Shown here: piece by piece, positions 9,328 to 18,138 of the stretch
How positions within the stretch are numbered: the stretch's first letter is position 1
How the letters are laid out: every line of letters starts with the position of its first letter
Assembly (NCBI GenBank): GCA_963763815.1
Contig: CAVXPS010000019.1
Span: 15,713-79,712, forward strand
Length of the DNA stretch: 64,000 bases
Source: an uncultured Actinomycetes bacterium
GTDB lineage: Bacteria > Actinomycetota > Thermoleophilia > Gaiellales > Gaiellaceae
Direction of reading: 5' to 3'
The notes under the pieces: model-generated
What the model was told of the DNA's origin: nothing
Seen by the model: only the letters and a program-made list of their open reading frames with translations
The model's database searches: none
Program-made: the position numbers and the translations under genes

Positions 9328-10805
9328 TCCCCGTCGAGCTCCAGGTCATCGGGAGCGCACTGCGCGCGGTCGCCGAGGAGATGGGCGCGGTGCTCGTGCG
9401 CTCGGCGTTCTCGGCGAACATCAAGGAGCGCCGAGACTGCTCGACCGCGCTCTTCGATGCCGAGGGGCGGATGGTGACCCAGGCCGAGCACATCCCCGTC
9501 CATCTCGGCGCCATGCCCGAGGCCGTCGCCGCGGTCCGTGCGCACGACCCGGCGCCGGGCGAGCCGTGGATCCTCAACGATCCCTACGCGGGCGGCACCC
9601 ATCTTCCCGACCTCACGATCGTGACGAGGACCGAGCTCGGGTTCGCGGTCTCGCGTGCCCACCACGCGGATGTCGGCGGATCCGAGCCGGGCAGCCTCCC
9701 CGCCGACTCGCGCGTGCTCTCGGACGAGGGCGTCGTGATCCCGCCGACACGCCTGGACGACGCGACGCTTGCCGGCCTCGTGTCTCGGATGCGGAATCCC
9801 GAGGAGCGCCGGGGCGACCTGCGAGCCCAGCTCGCCGCCCACCATCTCGCCGACGAGCGGCTCCGCGATCTCGCGGCCCGCCGCGGACGCGACCGCGTCG
9901 AGGCCGCGATGGACGAGCTGCTCGCGTACTCGGAGCGGGTCGTCCGTGCTGCGATTCGCGAGCTGCCGGACGGCAGGACCGAGGCCTCGGACTTCCTCGA
10001 GACGGCGGCGGGGCTCGTCGAGCTCCGGGCCGCAGTCACGATCGCAGGCGACTCGATCGAGATCGACTTCGCGGGGACGTCACCGCAGATCGACGGCAAC
10101 CTCAACTGCCCGCTCTCGGTCACACGCTCAGCCTGCTTCTACGTCGTGCGCTGCCTGACCGCGCCAGACCTTCCGGCATCGGGTGGCGCATTCGTCCCCG
10201 TCTCCGTCCGCGCCCCGGAGGGATGCCTCGTGAACGCTCGCTCGCCCGCGGCCGTCGTCGCCGGGAACACCGAGACGTCGAGCAGGATCACCGATGTCGT
10301 CTTCGCTGCTCTCGGCGAGGCGTTTCCCGTCCCCGCTCAGGGTCAGGGGACGATGAACAACCTCGTGCTCGGGAACGACCGCTTCACGTACTACGAGACC
10401 ATCGGCGGCGGACAGGGCGCGTGTCCGGACGCGGACGGGCCCTCGGCGGTCCACGTGGCGATGTCGAACACGCTCAACACGCCCGTCGAAGCGCTCGAGC
10501 TCTCGTACCCGCTGCGTGTGGAGCGCTACGAGATACGGCGGGGGTCAGGCGGCCGGGGGCGGTTCCGCGGCGGCGACGGCGTCGTGCGCGAGCTGCGCGC
10601 GCTCGAGCGTTGCCGGCTCTCGCTCCTCACGCAGCGGCGACGGCTCGCGCCGAAGGGAGCCGCGGGAGGCGACGACGGCCTCCCGGGCAGAAACCTCCTG
10701 AACGGCGAGGAGCTGCACGGTTTCGTGACCACGGACCTCGACCCGGGTGACGTCGTGCGGGTCGAGACGCCGGGCGGCGGAGGCTGGGGAGCTCCGGCGG
10801 TCTAG
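9324..10805 (+). CDS. hyuB: Hydantoinase B/oxoprolinase family protein (HyuB-type subunit)
   Basis: The in-frame tail of track ORF 7878..10805, starting VIPVELQVIGSALRAVAEEMGAVLVRSAFSANIKERRDCSTALFD...NDPYAGGTHLPD. GTG 9324 overlaps the hyuA stop as GTGA. Confidence 0.85.
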   Translation: MIPVELQVIGSALRAVAEEMGAVLVRSAFSANIKERRDCSTALFDAEGRMVTQAEHIPVHLGAMPEAVAAVRAHDPAPGEPWILNDPYAGGTHLPDLTIVTRTELGFAVSRAHHADVGGSEPGSLPADSRVLSDEGVVIPPTRLDDATLAGLVSRMRNPEERRGDLRAQLAAHHLADERLRDLAARRGRDRVEAAMDELLAYSERVVRAAIRELPDGRTEASDFLETAAGLVELRAAVTIAGDSIEIDFAGTSPQIDGNLNCPLSVTRSACFYVVRCLTAPDLPASGGAFVPVSVRAPEGCLVNARSPAAVVAGNTETSSRITDVVFAALGEAFPVPAQGQGTMNNLVLGNDRFTYYETIGGGQGACPDADGPSAVHVAMSNTLNTPVEALELSYPLRVERYEIRRGSGGRGRFRGGDGVVRELRALERCRLSLLTQRRRLAPKGAAGGDDGLPGRNLLNGEELHGFVTTDLDPGDVVRVETPGGGGWGAPAV

Positions 10806-12733
10806 TCGTCCGGCAACCGGTACAGCGCGAACCTCCCGTCGCCATGGAGACGTTCGAGGCCCTCGACGGGCCGCCGCTGCCGCGTGCGATCCACGACGAG
10901 GTACTCGGCGCCGTACGCCTCCGGAATCGAGAGATCGGCGGTGCCGAGGAAGCGCCGCGCGTCCCGCGCGCGCTCGTACGGGCGGTTCTCCGGCGTGTCC
11001 GCGACGTGCCCGGGCGGGGCGACGGCGATGTACACCGGCGCGAACGCCGCCATGCGAAAGCTCGTCTCGGGATCCGAGTAGACGACGGCTCCCGGAGCCA
11101 CCTGCGTCCGAAGTGCCTCGACGAGCCCGGGCGAGAGCTGCGTCCCAGCGCGGACGTCCACCGGAGTCCAGCGCGCAAGGCCGACGACGACGACCGGCAG
11201 CAGGAACAGCGTCGCCGCCAGCGCGGCGTTCGCCTCGAGCGGCGGGCCCCTGCGAACGAGGCCCACGACGAGGCCGGCGGCACCCGCGACCACGGCTACC
11301 CAGACGAGCCAGGACGGAGCGCCCTCGTCGAGCGCGTAGTCGAAGTCGCCGGGGAAGAGGGCCTGGAAGACGACACCCGCGATCAGCGCGAGCGGCGGGA
11401 GGAAGGGCCCCAGGAGTCGCGAGAGCACGCCGAGCCCGCCCGCGAACGCGAATGCGAACGGCAGGAACCCCGCCGCCCGCCGCGCCTGCGAGATCGAGAC
11501 GAGGTCGGCGAGCGACGTGAAGAGAGCAGGGATGAGCATCACCGCGAGCACCGCCAGCGACCCGCCGCTGACGTAGGCGGCCCACCTCCGGCGTGCGGCC
11601 AGGGCCGCGAGCGGGAAGAGCAGGACCGCCGCGACCGCGACCGCCCCGCTCCGCGTGAACACCTCCGCCTGCAGGCTGTAGCTCGTCTCGGAGCGGACGT
11701 CGAGCTGGCCGACGTAGTGCGTGAGCGCACGCCGGACCTCGTCGGCGTCGGGCGACACCGACGCCGTGTCGGTGACGATCGGGATCAGCCAGACCATGAA
11801 CAGCGCCGCCGGGACCGCCAGCGCCGCGAGCGCGGCAGCGCCCGCGCGCAGGTCGCGCCGCGTCCAGAGAAGTCGCACGAGCAGGAACCCGACGAACGGC
11901 AGCCAGAGGAAGATCGCGTACGTCGGATGCACGACCGCGAGGACGAAGCCGGCGGCCGCCGTCGACGACCAGAGCGGCAGAGACGGGCGGCGGAGCGACT
12001 CGAAGGCGAGCGCCAGCGCAGCCGGCACGAGCAGCTGCCGCGAAGACGTCGCCGGCAGCGCAAGCAGCGTGTACGTGCCTCCGTGCCCCGGTGCGAAGCA
12101 GATGATCCCCGCACTCGCTGCGGCGACCGCCCCGGCAGCCCACGTTCTCCGGAACAGCGCCCAGCCGGCTTCGTAGGCGACGACGAGGGCGAGGATCGCG
12201 AGGATCGACGGGAGGTGGACGACGACCTCCTCCGGGTCGGTGCCCGAGACCCTGGCGATGAGCGCGAGAAACCCGTGCCAGAGCGGGAACGCGTATCCGG
12301 GATGCAGGCTCCCGTCCACGAACTCGGAGACGCGGTCGAGGGACAGGTCGTCGAGCTCCAGCAGCTTGCGCGTGCGCGCCAGGTGGAAGAGGCCGTCGCC
12401 TTCGACGTCTCTCGCGACGCGCCAGAGCAGGATCCCGAGGACGACTCCTACGCCGTAGACCCACCCGACCCCGGGCACGCGGGGCGCCACCGGGGCGCGC
12501 GCGATGACGAGCACGAGCGCCGCGACCGCCGCCAGGGCGAGGAGCACGATCGTCGTCGTCAGCGTCGCGGCGAGCAGAAACGTGACGGCGAGCGCGCCGA
12601 ACACGAGGGTCAGCGACCACGCGAGCGTCGCCGCGGCGCCACGAACGCCCAGCGCCCGGGCGAGCAGCCAGCCCGGCGCCAGCACGACGGCCGTCCCTCC
12701 CGCGAGGCGGAGATAGAGCGTGACAGCACTCAC
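10802..12733 (-). CDS. Large polytopic membrane protein, putative GT-C-type glycosyltransferase with a C-terminal extracytoplasmic domain
   Basis: About 14 hydrophobic segments (LAWSLTLVFGALAVTFLL..., HPGYAFPLWHGFLALIARV...) followed by a soluble tail. GTG 12733 is the preferred start. An in-frame ATG at 12886 would add 51 aa encoded by repeat copy A. The family call is an inference from topology and context. Confidence 0.65.
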   Translation of the reverse strand: MSAVTLYLRLAGGTAVVLAPGWLLARALGVRGAAATLAWSLTLVFGALAVTFLLAATLTTTIVLLALAAVAALVLVIARAPVAPRVPGVGWVYGVGVVLGILLWRVARDVEGDGLFHLARTRKLLELDDLSLDRVSEFVDGSLHPGYAFPLWHGFLALIARVSGTDPEEVVVHLPSILAILALVVAYEAGWALFRRTWAAGAVAAASAGIICFAPGHGGTYTLLALPATSSRQLLVPAALALAFESLRRPSLPLWSSTAAAGFVLAVVHPTYAIFLWLPFVGFLLVRLLWTRRDLRAGAAALAALAVPAALFMVWLIPIVTDTASVSPDADEVRRALTHYVGQLDVRSETSYSLQAEVFTRSGAVAVAAVLLFPLAALAARRRWAAYVSGGSLAVLAVMLIPALFTSLADLVSISQARRAAGFLPFAFAFAGGLGVLSRLLGPFLPPLALIAGVVFQALFPGDFDYALDEGAPSWLVWVAVVAGAAGLVVGLVRRGPPLEANAALAATLFLLPVVVVGLARWTPVDVRAGTQLSPGLVEALRTQVAPGAVVYSDPETSFRMAAFAPVYIAVAPPGHVADTPENRPYERARDARRFLGTADLSIPEAYGAEYLVVDRTRQRRPVEGLERLHGDGRFALYRLPDD

Positions 12734-12886
12734 GGGCCGGATTCCGGCCCGTGGGTGGGGAGGGGTGTGGGAAGAAGGGGGCACGCTCTCGCAAGACCGG
12801 AGTTCGCTCGCGCGAACTCCGGTCGCGGAAAGGCTGGGGAAACATGGTTCCCCCACGAGAGCGAGCCGAAGGCGAGCGATGCTCAT
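12731..12886 (-). repeat. Intercistronic multi-hairpin repeat, copy A (degenerate, hairpin-1 module deleted)
   Basis: Fills the gap from the GT2 stop (12883-12885) to the membrane-protein GTG (12733). It shares the blocks GCGAGC..., GGGGAAACATGGTTCCCC, ACCGGAGTTCGC-tcgc-GCGAACTCCGGT (12796..12823) and GGAAGAAGGGGG...GGTGTGGG with copies B and C. It ends in the palindrome CACGGGCCGGA-t-TCCGGCCCGTG (12731..12753), which contains the start codon. Confidence 0.8.
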
Positions 12887-13779
12887 CGAGAGAGAAGCTC
12901 GGGTACGTCGCCCGACGCGAGCCACTCGGCGGCCTCGCGGTACGTCCGGCCGCGCTCGCCGGCGAACAGCCGCCCACGCAGCCGCAGCGCGACGAGGAGC
13001 ATCTTCCGGCCGCGCTCGGCGACCCGCGGCCCGCGGTGCTTCGAGAGGAAGCGCAGGTGGCCGCGGAGGTTCTCCCGATACAGGCGGCCACCGTGCGACG
13101 CGCCACCGACGTGCACGCACTCGGCGCCGGGGAAGAAGAGCACCTGCCACCCCGCCTGCCGGAAGCGGTAGCACCAGTCGGTCTCCTCGCTGAAGAGGAA
13201 GTAGTCCTCGTCGAGGAGCCCGACCTGGTCGATCGCGCTTCTGCGCACGAGCATGCACGCGCCCATGACGAACTCGGCCTCGCGCACCTCGTCGTGGTCG
13301 AAACCGCCCGCGTAGAACCCGTTCAGTACGGGCGAGCGCGGCGCGAGCTTGCGGAGGAAGAAGTACTCGGTCGCGAGCCGCCACAGCGTGGGGAAGCCTC
13401 GGACCGAGCGCTGGAGGCTCCCGTCCTGGTTCAGGAGGCGCGGAGCGACGACCGCAGCCTCGGGCCTCCGGTCGGCGAACGTCACGAGCCGCTGGAGCGC
13501 GTCGCCGACGAGCCACGCGTCGGAGTTCATGAGCAGGACGTAGCGGCCGGCCGTTCGGCGGATCCCCTCGTTCCAGCCCGCGGCGAGCCCGTGATTCTCG
13601 TGCGCCACGAGCTCGGCGTCAGGGAAGCGTTCCCGCACGAGCTCCACCGTCCCGTCGCTCGAGCCGTTGTCCACGACGACCACACGCGCGCCGGCGAGGC
13701 TCTCGAGGCACGGCTCGATCCACGGGAGAGCGTCGTACGTGACGACGACGACGGCGACGTCGGGCTTCCCGCTAGCCAT
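12883..13779 (-). CDS. Glycosyltransferase family 2
   Basis: 298 aa with VAVVVVTYDALPWIEPCLESL, VVVDNGSSDGT, NSDAW and DEDYFLFSEETDWCYR, the classic GT2 (WbbL-like) signature. Confidence 0.88.
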   Translation of the reverse strand: MASGKPDVAVVVVTYDALPWIEPCLESLAGARVVVVDNGSSDGTVELVRERFPDAELVAHENHGLAAGWNEGIRRTAGRYVLLMNSDAWLVGDALQRLVTFADRRPEAAVVAPRLLNQDGSLQRSVRGFPTLWRLATEYFFLRKLAPRSPVLNGFYAGGFDHDEVREAEFVMGACMLVRRSAIDQVGLLDEDYFLFSEETDWCYRFRQAGWQVLFFPGAECVHVGGASHGGRLYRENLRGHLRFLSKHRGPRVAERGRKMLLVALRLRGRLFAGERGRTYREAAEWLASGDVPELLSR

Positions 13780-14743
13780 GCTCCGCCTGCGGGCTCGATC
13801 CGCGGCGCAGACCGTTCCGCACGAGCACCACGCCGCCCGGCACGGCGAGGACGACCGTGACGAGGAAGAAGAGGAACCCGGCCGCGAACGCCTGCTCCGC
13901 GGGCACGTCGAGGCTGCCGAGGAAGCTGACGAAGAACGCTTCGCGCACCGCGATCCCGTTCAGCGTGAACGGCACGAGCATGACGAGGAAGAGCAGCGGC
14001 CCCATCACGTAGTAGACCTCGACGCCGAGCTCGATCCCCACCGCGCGCGCACACGCCCAGATGGCGAGGATGCGGATCGTCTGTACGGCGAGCGTGACGA
14101 GCAGGACCGCGGAGAGCACGCGCGGACGGCCGCGGAAGTGGTGGACGCCCTCGTAGAACGCCTGCAGCGGCCTCGCCAGCCGCAGGCGCTCGAGCAGCGG
14201 CAGGAGGCGGCGCAGGAGCGGGCGGGCCGAACGGGCGAAGAACAGGAAGCCGACGACGATCGTCCCGAAGACGAATACGCCCTCGAGCCAGAGGTACGCG
14301 CTCACGTCGTAGCGCCCGATCGAGAGCAGGAACCCGATCGCGCCGAGGAACACCGTCACCGCGCCTCCCAGGCCGCGCTCGAGCAGCACCGTTCCCGTCA
14401 CGTCCGCGGTCCGCCCCGGGTGGCGTCGCACGGTGTCCACCACCCGCACGGCATCTCCGCCGAGCGACGTCGGCAGCACCTGCCCCGCCGCGTACGCGAC
14501 GAAGTACGCCCGCGTGAGCCACGGCAGCCGCTCGACGATCCCGTGCGCCCGGAGGAGCCAGCCCCAGCGCATGGCCAGCACAGGCACGGTCAGGACCATG
14601 ATCGCGACCGCGAGCGCGAACCACGCGAGATCCGTCTCCTCGAGCACGTCGAGCGTCGTCCCGAGCTCGATCTTCCAGACGAGGTACGCGACCGCCCCCG
14701 TCGTCAGGAGCAGCGTCCCGACGACCCGGACGCGCCGGCTCAT
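13772..14743 (-). CDS. Flippase-like membrane protein (lysylphosphatidylglycerol synthase TM region / UPF0104 family)
   Basis: Starts MSRRVRVVGTLLL and has about 8 TM segments. The motifs RWGWLLRAHGI, AGQVLPTSLGGDAVRV and LNGIAVREAFFV resemble UPF0104. I trimmed the start to ATG 14743. It overlaps the GT2 start by 8 nt. Confidence 0.78.
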   Translation of the reverse strand: MSRRVRVVGTLLLTTGAVAYLVWKIELGTTLDVLEETDLAWFALAVAIMVLTVPVLAMRWGWLLRAHGIVERLPWLTRAYFVAYAAGQVLPTSLGGDAVRVVDTVRRHPGRTADVTGTVLLERGLGGAVTVFLGAIGFLLSIGRYDVSAYLWLEGVFVFGTIVVGFLFFARSARPLLRRLLPLLERLRLARPLQAFYEGVHHFRGRPRVLSAVLLVTLAVQTIRILAIWACARAVGIELGVEVYYVMGPLLFLVMLVPFTLNGIAVREAFFVSFLGSLDVPAEQAFAAGFLFFLVTVVLAVPGGVVLVRNGLRRGSSPQAEHG

Positions 14744-14931
14744 GGGCGACCTTCTCGCCCATGAGCGGGGAAGGGTGTGGGGAACCGGGAGGTTCCCCAC
14801 GCTCTCGGGAAGAAGGGGGCAGACTCAGCTCTCGCAAGACCGGAGTTCGCTTGCGCGAACTCCGGTCGCAGAAAGGCATGGGGAAACATGGTTTCCCCCA
14901 TCAACGCGAGCCACAGGCGAGCGTTGGTCAT
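14739..14931 (-). repeat. Intercistronic multi-hairpin repeat, copy B (full length)
   Basis: Fills the gap from the agmatinase stop to the UPF0104 start. Hairpins lie at 14880..14898 (GGGGAAAC-atg-GTTTCCCC), 14839..14866 (12-bp stem), 14779..14798 (GGGGAACC-ggga-GGTTCCCC) and 14739..14765 (CTCATGGGCGA-ccttc-TCGCCCATGAG, containing the start codon). It encodes a 63-codon mini-ORF (14740..14931) with ATGA overlaps at both ends. Confidence 0.85.
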
Positions 14932-15878
14932 CTGTTGCCCGCGAGCACGTCGAGCGTCAGCAGCTCGTATGCCACGTTGGCCGCGGCGATCGCGGTCTGC
15001 TTCCCGGCGCCGTCGTACGGCGGGCTGACCTCCACGACGTCGTAGCCGCCGAAGCGGAGGCCACGCAGCGCGCGCACATACCCGAGCGCCTCGCGCGTCG
15101 TGAGCCCGCCCGCCTCCGGCGTGCCCGTCCCCGGCGCGAATGCCGGGTCGAGGACGTCGATATCGAACGACAGGAAGAGCGGGCCGTCGCCGACCCGCTC
15201 GCGCACGCGCGTCCCGTATTCCTCGTAGCTGATCGTCACAAGGTCGTGGCACGAGAGCACCTCGAAGCCGAGCTCGCGCGGCATGTCCTCGTCGCCCGGC
15301 TCGTACACGGGCCCGCGCATCCCGGCGAGGAAGGAACGAGCAGGATCCACGAGCCCCTCCTCGAGCGCGCGCCGAAAAGGCGAGCCGTGGTAGTAGCGCT
15401 CGCCGCAGTACTCGTCCCAGACGTCCGCATGGGCGTCGAGGAGCACGACGCCGACCGGTCCGTGCACCGCCGCCTGCGCGCGAAGCTCCCCGAGCACGAC
15501 GAGGTGGTCGCCCCCGAGGCAGAGCGGGCGCGCACCGAAGCGCACGATCGGCTCGAGCCGCTCCGCGATCTGCGCCACCGTCCGCTCGGCGTTGCCCGGC
15601 GTCACGTCGACGTCTCCGAGATCCGCGACCGAGAGCTCGCCGAACACCTGCGCGCGCTGAGCCGCGTTGTACGGGCGCAGAGCGATCGAGGCCGAGCGGA
15701 TCGCCTCGGGGCCGAAGCGAGCGCCGGGACGGTTCGTCGTCGCGGTGTCGAACGGGATGCCGAGAACGGCGACGTCGACACCGTCCGGGTCGTCGACGAG
15801 CGGGCAGCGCGCGAACGTCTTGACGCCCGCGTACCGCGGCGAGCGGAGCGCGTCGGGCGGCCCGTAGCGGGGTTTCAC
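14928..15878 (-). CDS. speB: Agmatinase / ureohydrolase (arginase family)
   Basis: Contains GIPFDTATTNRPGARFGPEAIR, LGGDHLV, LDAHADVWD, SFDIDVLDPAFAPGTGTPE and EVSPPYD, which are the Mn-binding arginase-family motifs. I trimmed the start to GTG 15878, because the track ORF N-terminus overlaps the MMPL gene. Confidence 0.87.
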   Translation of the reverse strand: MKPRYGPPDALRSPRYAGVKTFARCPLVDDPDGVDVAVLGIPFDTATTNRPGARFGPEAIRSASIALRPYNAAQRAQVFGELSVADLGDVDVTPGNAERTVAQIAERLEPIVRFGARPLCLGGDHLVVLGELRAQAAVHGPVGVVLLDAHADVWDEYCGERYYHGSPFRRALEEGLVDPARSFLAGMRGPVYEPGDEDMPRELGFEVLSCHDLVTISYEEYGTRVRERVGDGPLFLSFDIDVLDPAFAPGTGTPEAGGLTTREALGYVRALRGLRFGGYDVVEVSPPYDGAGKQTAIAAANVAYELLTLDVLAGNR

Positions 15879-15907
15879 GCCCCGCAACCTACCGCCCGAC
15901 GCGGTGG

Positions 15908-18103
15908 CTATCCCTGGCTCGACTCCAGCGTGCGCCTGGAAACGGCGGCGGAGCCCTCGACCTCGAGCCGCGGCAGCCACTCGAGCCAGCGCGGGAGGTA
16001 CCAGTTCCAGTCACCGAGCAGCTTCATCGCGCTCGGCAGGAGGACGGAGCGGATGATCGTCGCGTCGATCAGGAGCGCGACCGCGACCCCGAAGCCCATC
16101 TGCTGGAACATGATCAGGTCTCCACGCGCGAAGCCCGAAAAGACGGCGACGATGATGAGCGCCGCGCCCGTGATGATGCGCGCCGTCGAGCCGACGCCAA
16201 AGGTGACCGCGTCGGTCGTGTCGCGGGTCTCGTCGAAGCGCTCGCGGATCCTGGAGAGCAGGAACACCTGGTAATCCATCGAGAGCCCGAACAGCACGCT
16301 GAACAGGAAGAGCGGCACCCAGGCTTCGATCGTGTCCGTCGTGGAGAAGCCGAGGAGACCGGCGCCCCACCCCTCCTGGAAGACGAGCACGAGCAGGCCG
16401 TACGCGGCGCCGACCGAGAGCAGGTTGAGCACGACCGCCGTCCCGGCGACGACGACCGAGCGGAAGACGACCGTCAGCAGGACGAAGGTCAGAAGGAGGA
16501 CGAACGCGATCACCGCTGGCGCCGGGTCGATGACCGAGTCGAAGTAGTCGATGTTCTCCGAGCTCGTGCCGCCCACGAGCGCCTCGGCCTCGGTGCCCTC
16601 GAGAGCCTCGGGAACGAGATCGCCTCGGAGCTCTCGCACCGCCGCGATCGCGTCGCTCGTCGACGGATCTCCGGCGACGGGCACCGACAGGACTGCGACC
16701 TCGCCGTCCGCCGAGACCTCGAGCTCGCCGTTCCCGAATCGCGGATCGGCGGCCAGATTCGTGCGGAGCCCTGCGAGCGCCCGCTGCACGTCGTCACCCG
16801 ACGCGTTCGAGACCACGATCTCTGCGGGATCCGTCGTCGTGCCCGGGAAGTCCCGCTCGAGTGCCTCGAAGCCCTGCTTGGAGACGAAGCGGTCGGGGAG
16901 CGCGGAGACGCCGCTCGTGCCGACGTTCAGGCCGAGCACGGGGAGGGCGAGCGCCACCAGCACGCCCGCCGAGAGCGCGACGCTGACTACGGGACGACGA
17001 AGGACGCGCCGGACGACCCCGCCCCAGAAGCGGCCCTCTGGGTTAGATGCCTCGAGCGAACGCCGCCCGACGATCGGGATGCGGAGCGCGTTGACACGGT
17101 CTCGGAGGAGCCCGAGCACGGCGGGCAAGAGCGTGAGCGCCGCGACCACGGACACGATTCCGACGAGGATCGCCCCGACGGCGAGGCTCCGCATGATCGA
17201 GTTCGGCACCAGCAACATCCCGAACATCGCGACCACGAACACCGTGCCGCTGAAGAGCACTGCACGGCTCGCGGTCGCTCCCGACACCTCGATCGCGTCG
17301 AGCTCGGTCCGGCCGTTCCCGCGCTCCTCGCGGTAGCGGGAGACGACGAACAGCGAGTAGTCGATCCCGAGCGCGAGCCCCATGCCCGTGAGCATGTTCA
17401 CGAGGAAGACCGAGAGCTCGAACTGCTGCGCGAGGATCGCGCTGAGCCCGAGCGCGACGAGGATCGAGACGAGCGCCATCAGCAGTGGGATCAGACCCGC
17501 CACGACGGCGCCGAAGACGAGCAGGAGGATGATGAGCGCGGCCGGGAGCCCGAACTTGAGCTCGCCGTTCTCGAGGTCTTCCTGGGAGAGAAGGTTGAAG
17601 TCGTGGTCGAGCGTCTCCTCGCCAGTGACCGAGACGGAAAACGCCGACTCGTCGCTTGCCTGCTCGGCTGCCGTGATGACGTCCTCCGCCTCGTCCTCGT
17701 CGAAGAGGCCGAGCGGGACGATGGTCGCGTGCCGGTCCTCGGAGACGAGCCCCTCCGGGTCGTCGAGGTACGTGCGCGCCTCCGCGAGTGGCCGGAGCTC
17801 GCTCTCCGATACGAAGCTGCGGACGAAGCTCGAGAACTCCCCGGAGTCGACGGTGTGCTCGTCGGAGCGGATGACGAGGATGTCGCTCACGATCTCGCCC
17901 GGCCGCGGCGGGAACGCCTCGAACCGCATCTCGTCGGCGCGCTCGGACTGCGGGTTGTTCGTCGGCGCCCCCTCGGTCGTGAGGCTGCCTCCGAGGAGGG
18001 TCGCGATCGCCACGGCCGCGAGGACGAGGACGACGATCCAGGCCCCGATCGTCCGCCACGGGTGCCGTGCGCTCGCCGCCGCCAGTGATTTCGTCGAGAG
18101 CAT
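15908..18103 (-). CDS. MMPL family (RND superfamily) membrane transporter
   Basis: 731 aa with two 6-TM bundles and two soluble loops. The GIDYSLFVVSRYREE and GLSMDYQVFLLSRIRE motifs are typical of MMPL proteins. A GGAGG RBS precedes the ATG. Confidence 0.9.
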   Translation of the reverse strand: MLSTKSLAAASARHPWRTIGAWIVVLVLAAVAIATLLGGSLTTEGAPTNNPQSERADEMRFEAFPPRPGEIVSDILVIRSDEHTVDSGEFSSFVRSFVSESELRPLAEARTYLDDPEGLVSEDRHATIVPLGLFDEDEAEDVITAAEQASDESAFSVSVTGEETLDHDFNLLSQEDLENGELKFGLPAALIILLLVFGAVVAGLIPLLMALVSILVALGLSAILAQQFELSVFLVNMLTGMGLALGIDYSLFVVSRYREERGNGRTELDAIEVSGATASRAVLFSGTVFVVAMFGMLLVPNSIMRSLAVGAILVGIVSVVAALTLLPAVLGLLRDRVNALRIPIVGRRSLEASNPEGRFWGGVVRRVLRRPVVSVALSAGVLVALALPVLGLNVGTSGVSALPDRFVSKQGFEALERDFPGTTTDPAEIVVSNASGDDVQRALAGLRTNLAADPRFGNGELEVSADGEVAVLSVPVAGDPSTSDAIAAVRELRGDLVPEALEGTEAEALVGGTSSENIDYFDSVIDPAPAVIAFVLLLTFVLLTVVFRSVVVAGTAVVLNLLSVGAAYGLLVLVFQEGWGAGLLGFSTTDTIEAWVPLFLFSVLFGLSMDYQVFLLSRIRERFDETRDTTDAVTFGVGSTARIITGAALIIVAVFSGFARGDLIMFQQMGFGVAVALLIDATIIRSVLLPSAMKLLGDWNWYLPRWLEWLPRLEVEGSAAVSRRTLESSQG

Positions 18104-18138
18104 GGTGGGATACCTCCGCTGTCTCGTCTCTTACGTCT

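Noticed and set aside
7567-10805. hyuA/hyuB as acetone or acetophenone carboxylase
   Set aside because: There is no gamma-subunit gene or other carboxylase partner nearby. I cannot distinguish 5-oxoprolinase or hydantoinase from sequence alone, so only the family is called.
10545-13171. 853-aa (minus) and 775-aa (plus) ORFs overlapping the GT-C-like membrane protein and the GT2 gene
   Set aside because: Both give Arg/Pro/Glu/Asp-rich junk with no domain-like sequence. The chosen frames encode coherent TM segments or GT2 motifs.
14740-14931. The 63/64-aa mini-ORFs as a conserved small-protein family
   Set aside because: Copy A keeps the nucleotide blocks but loses the reading frame after about 14 codons, and the peptides have no signal, TM or motif features. 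Conservation therefore looks to be at the nucleotide or RNA level. Translation may still matter mechanistically.
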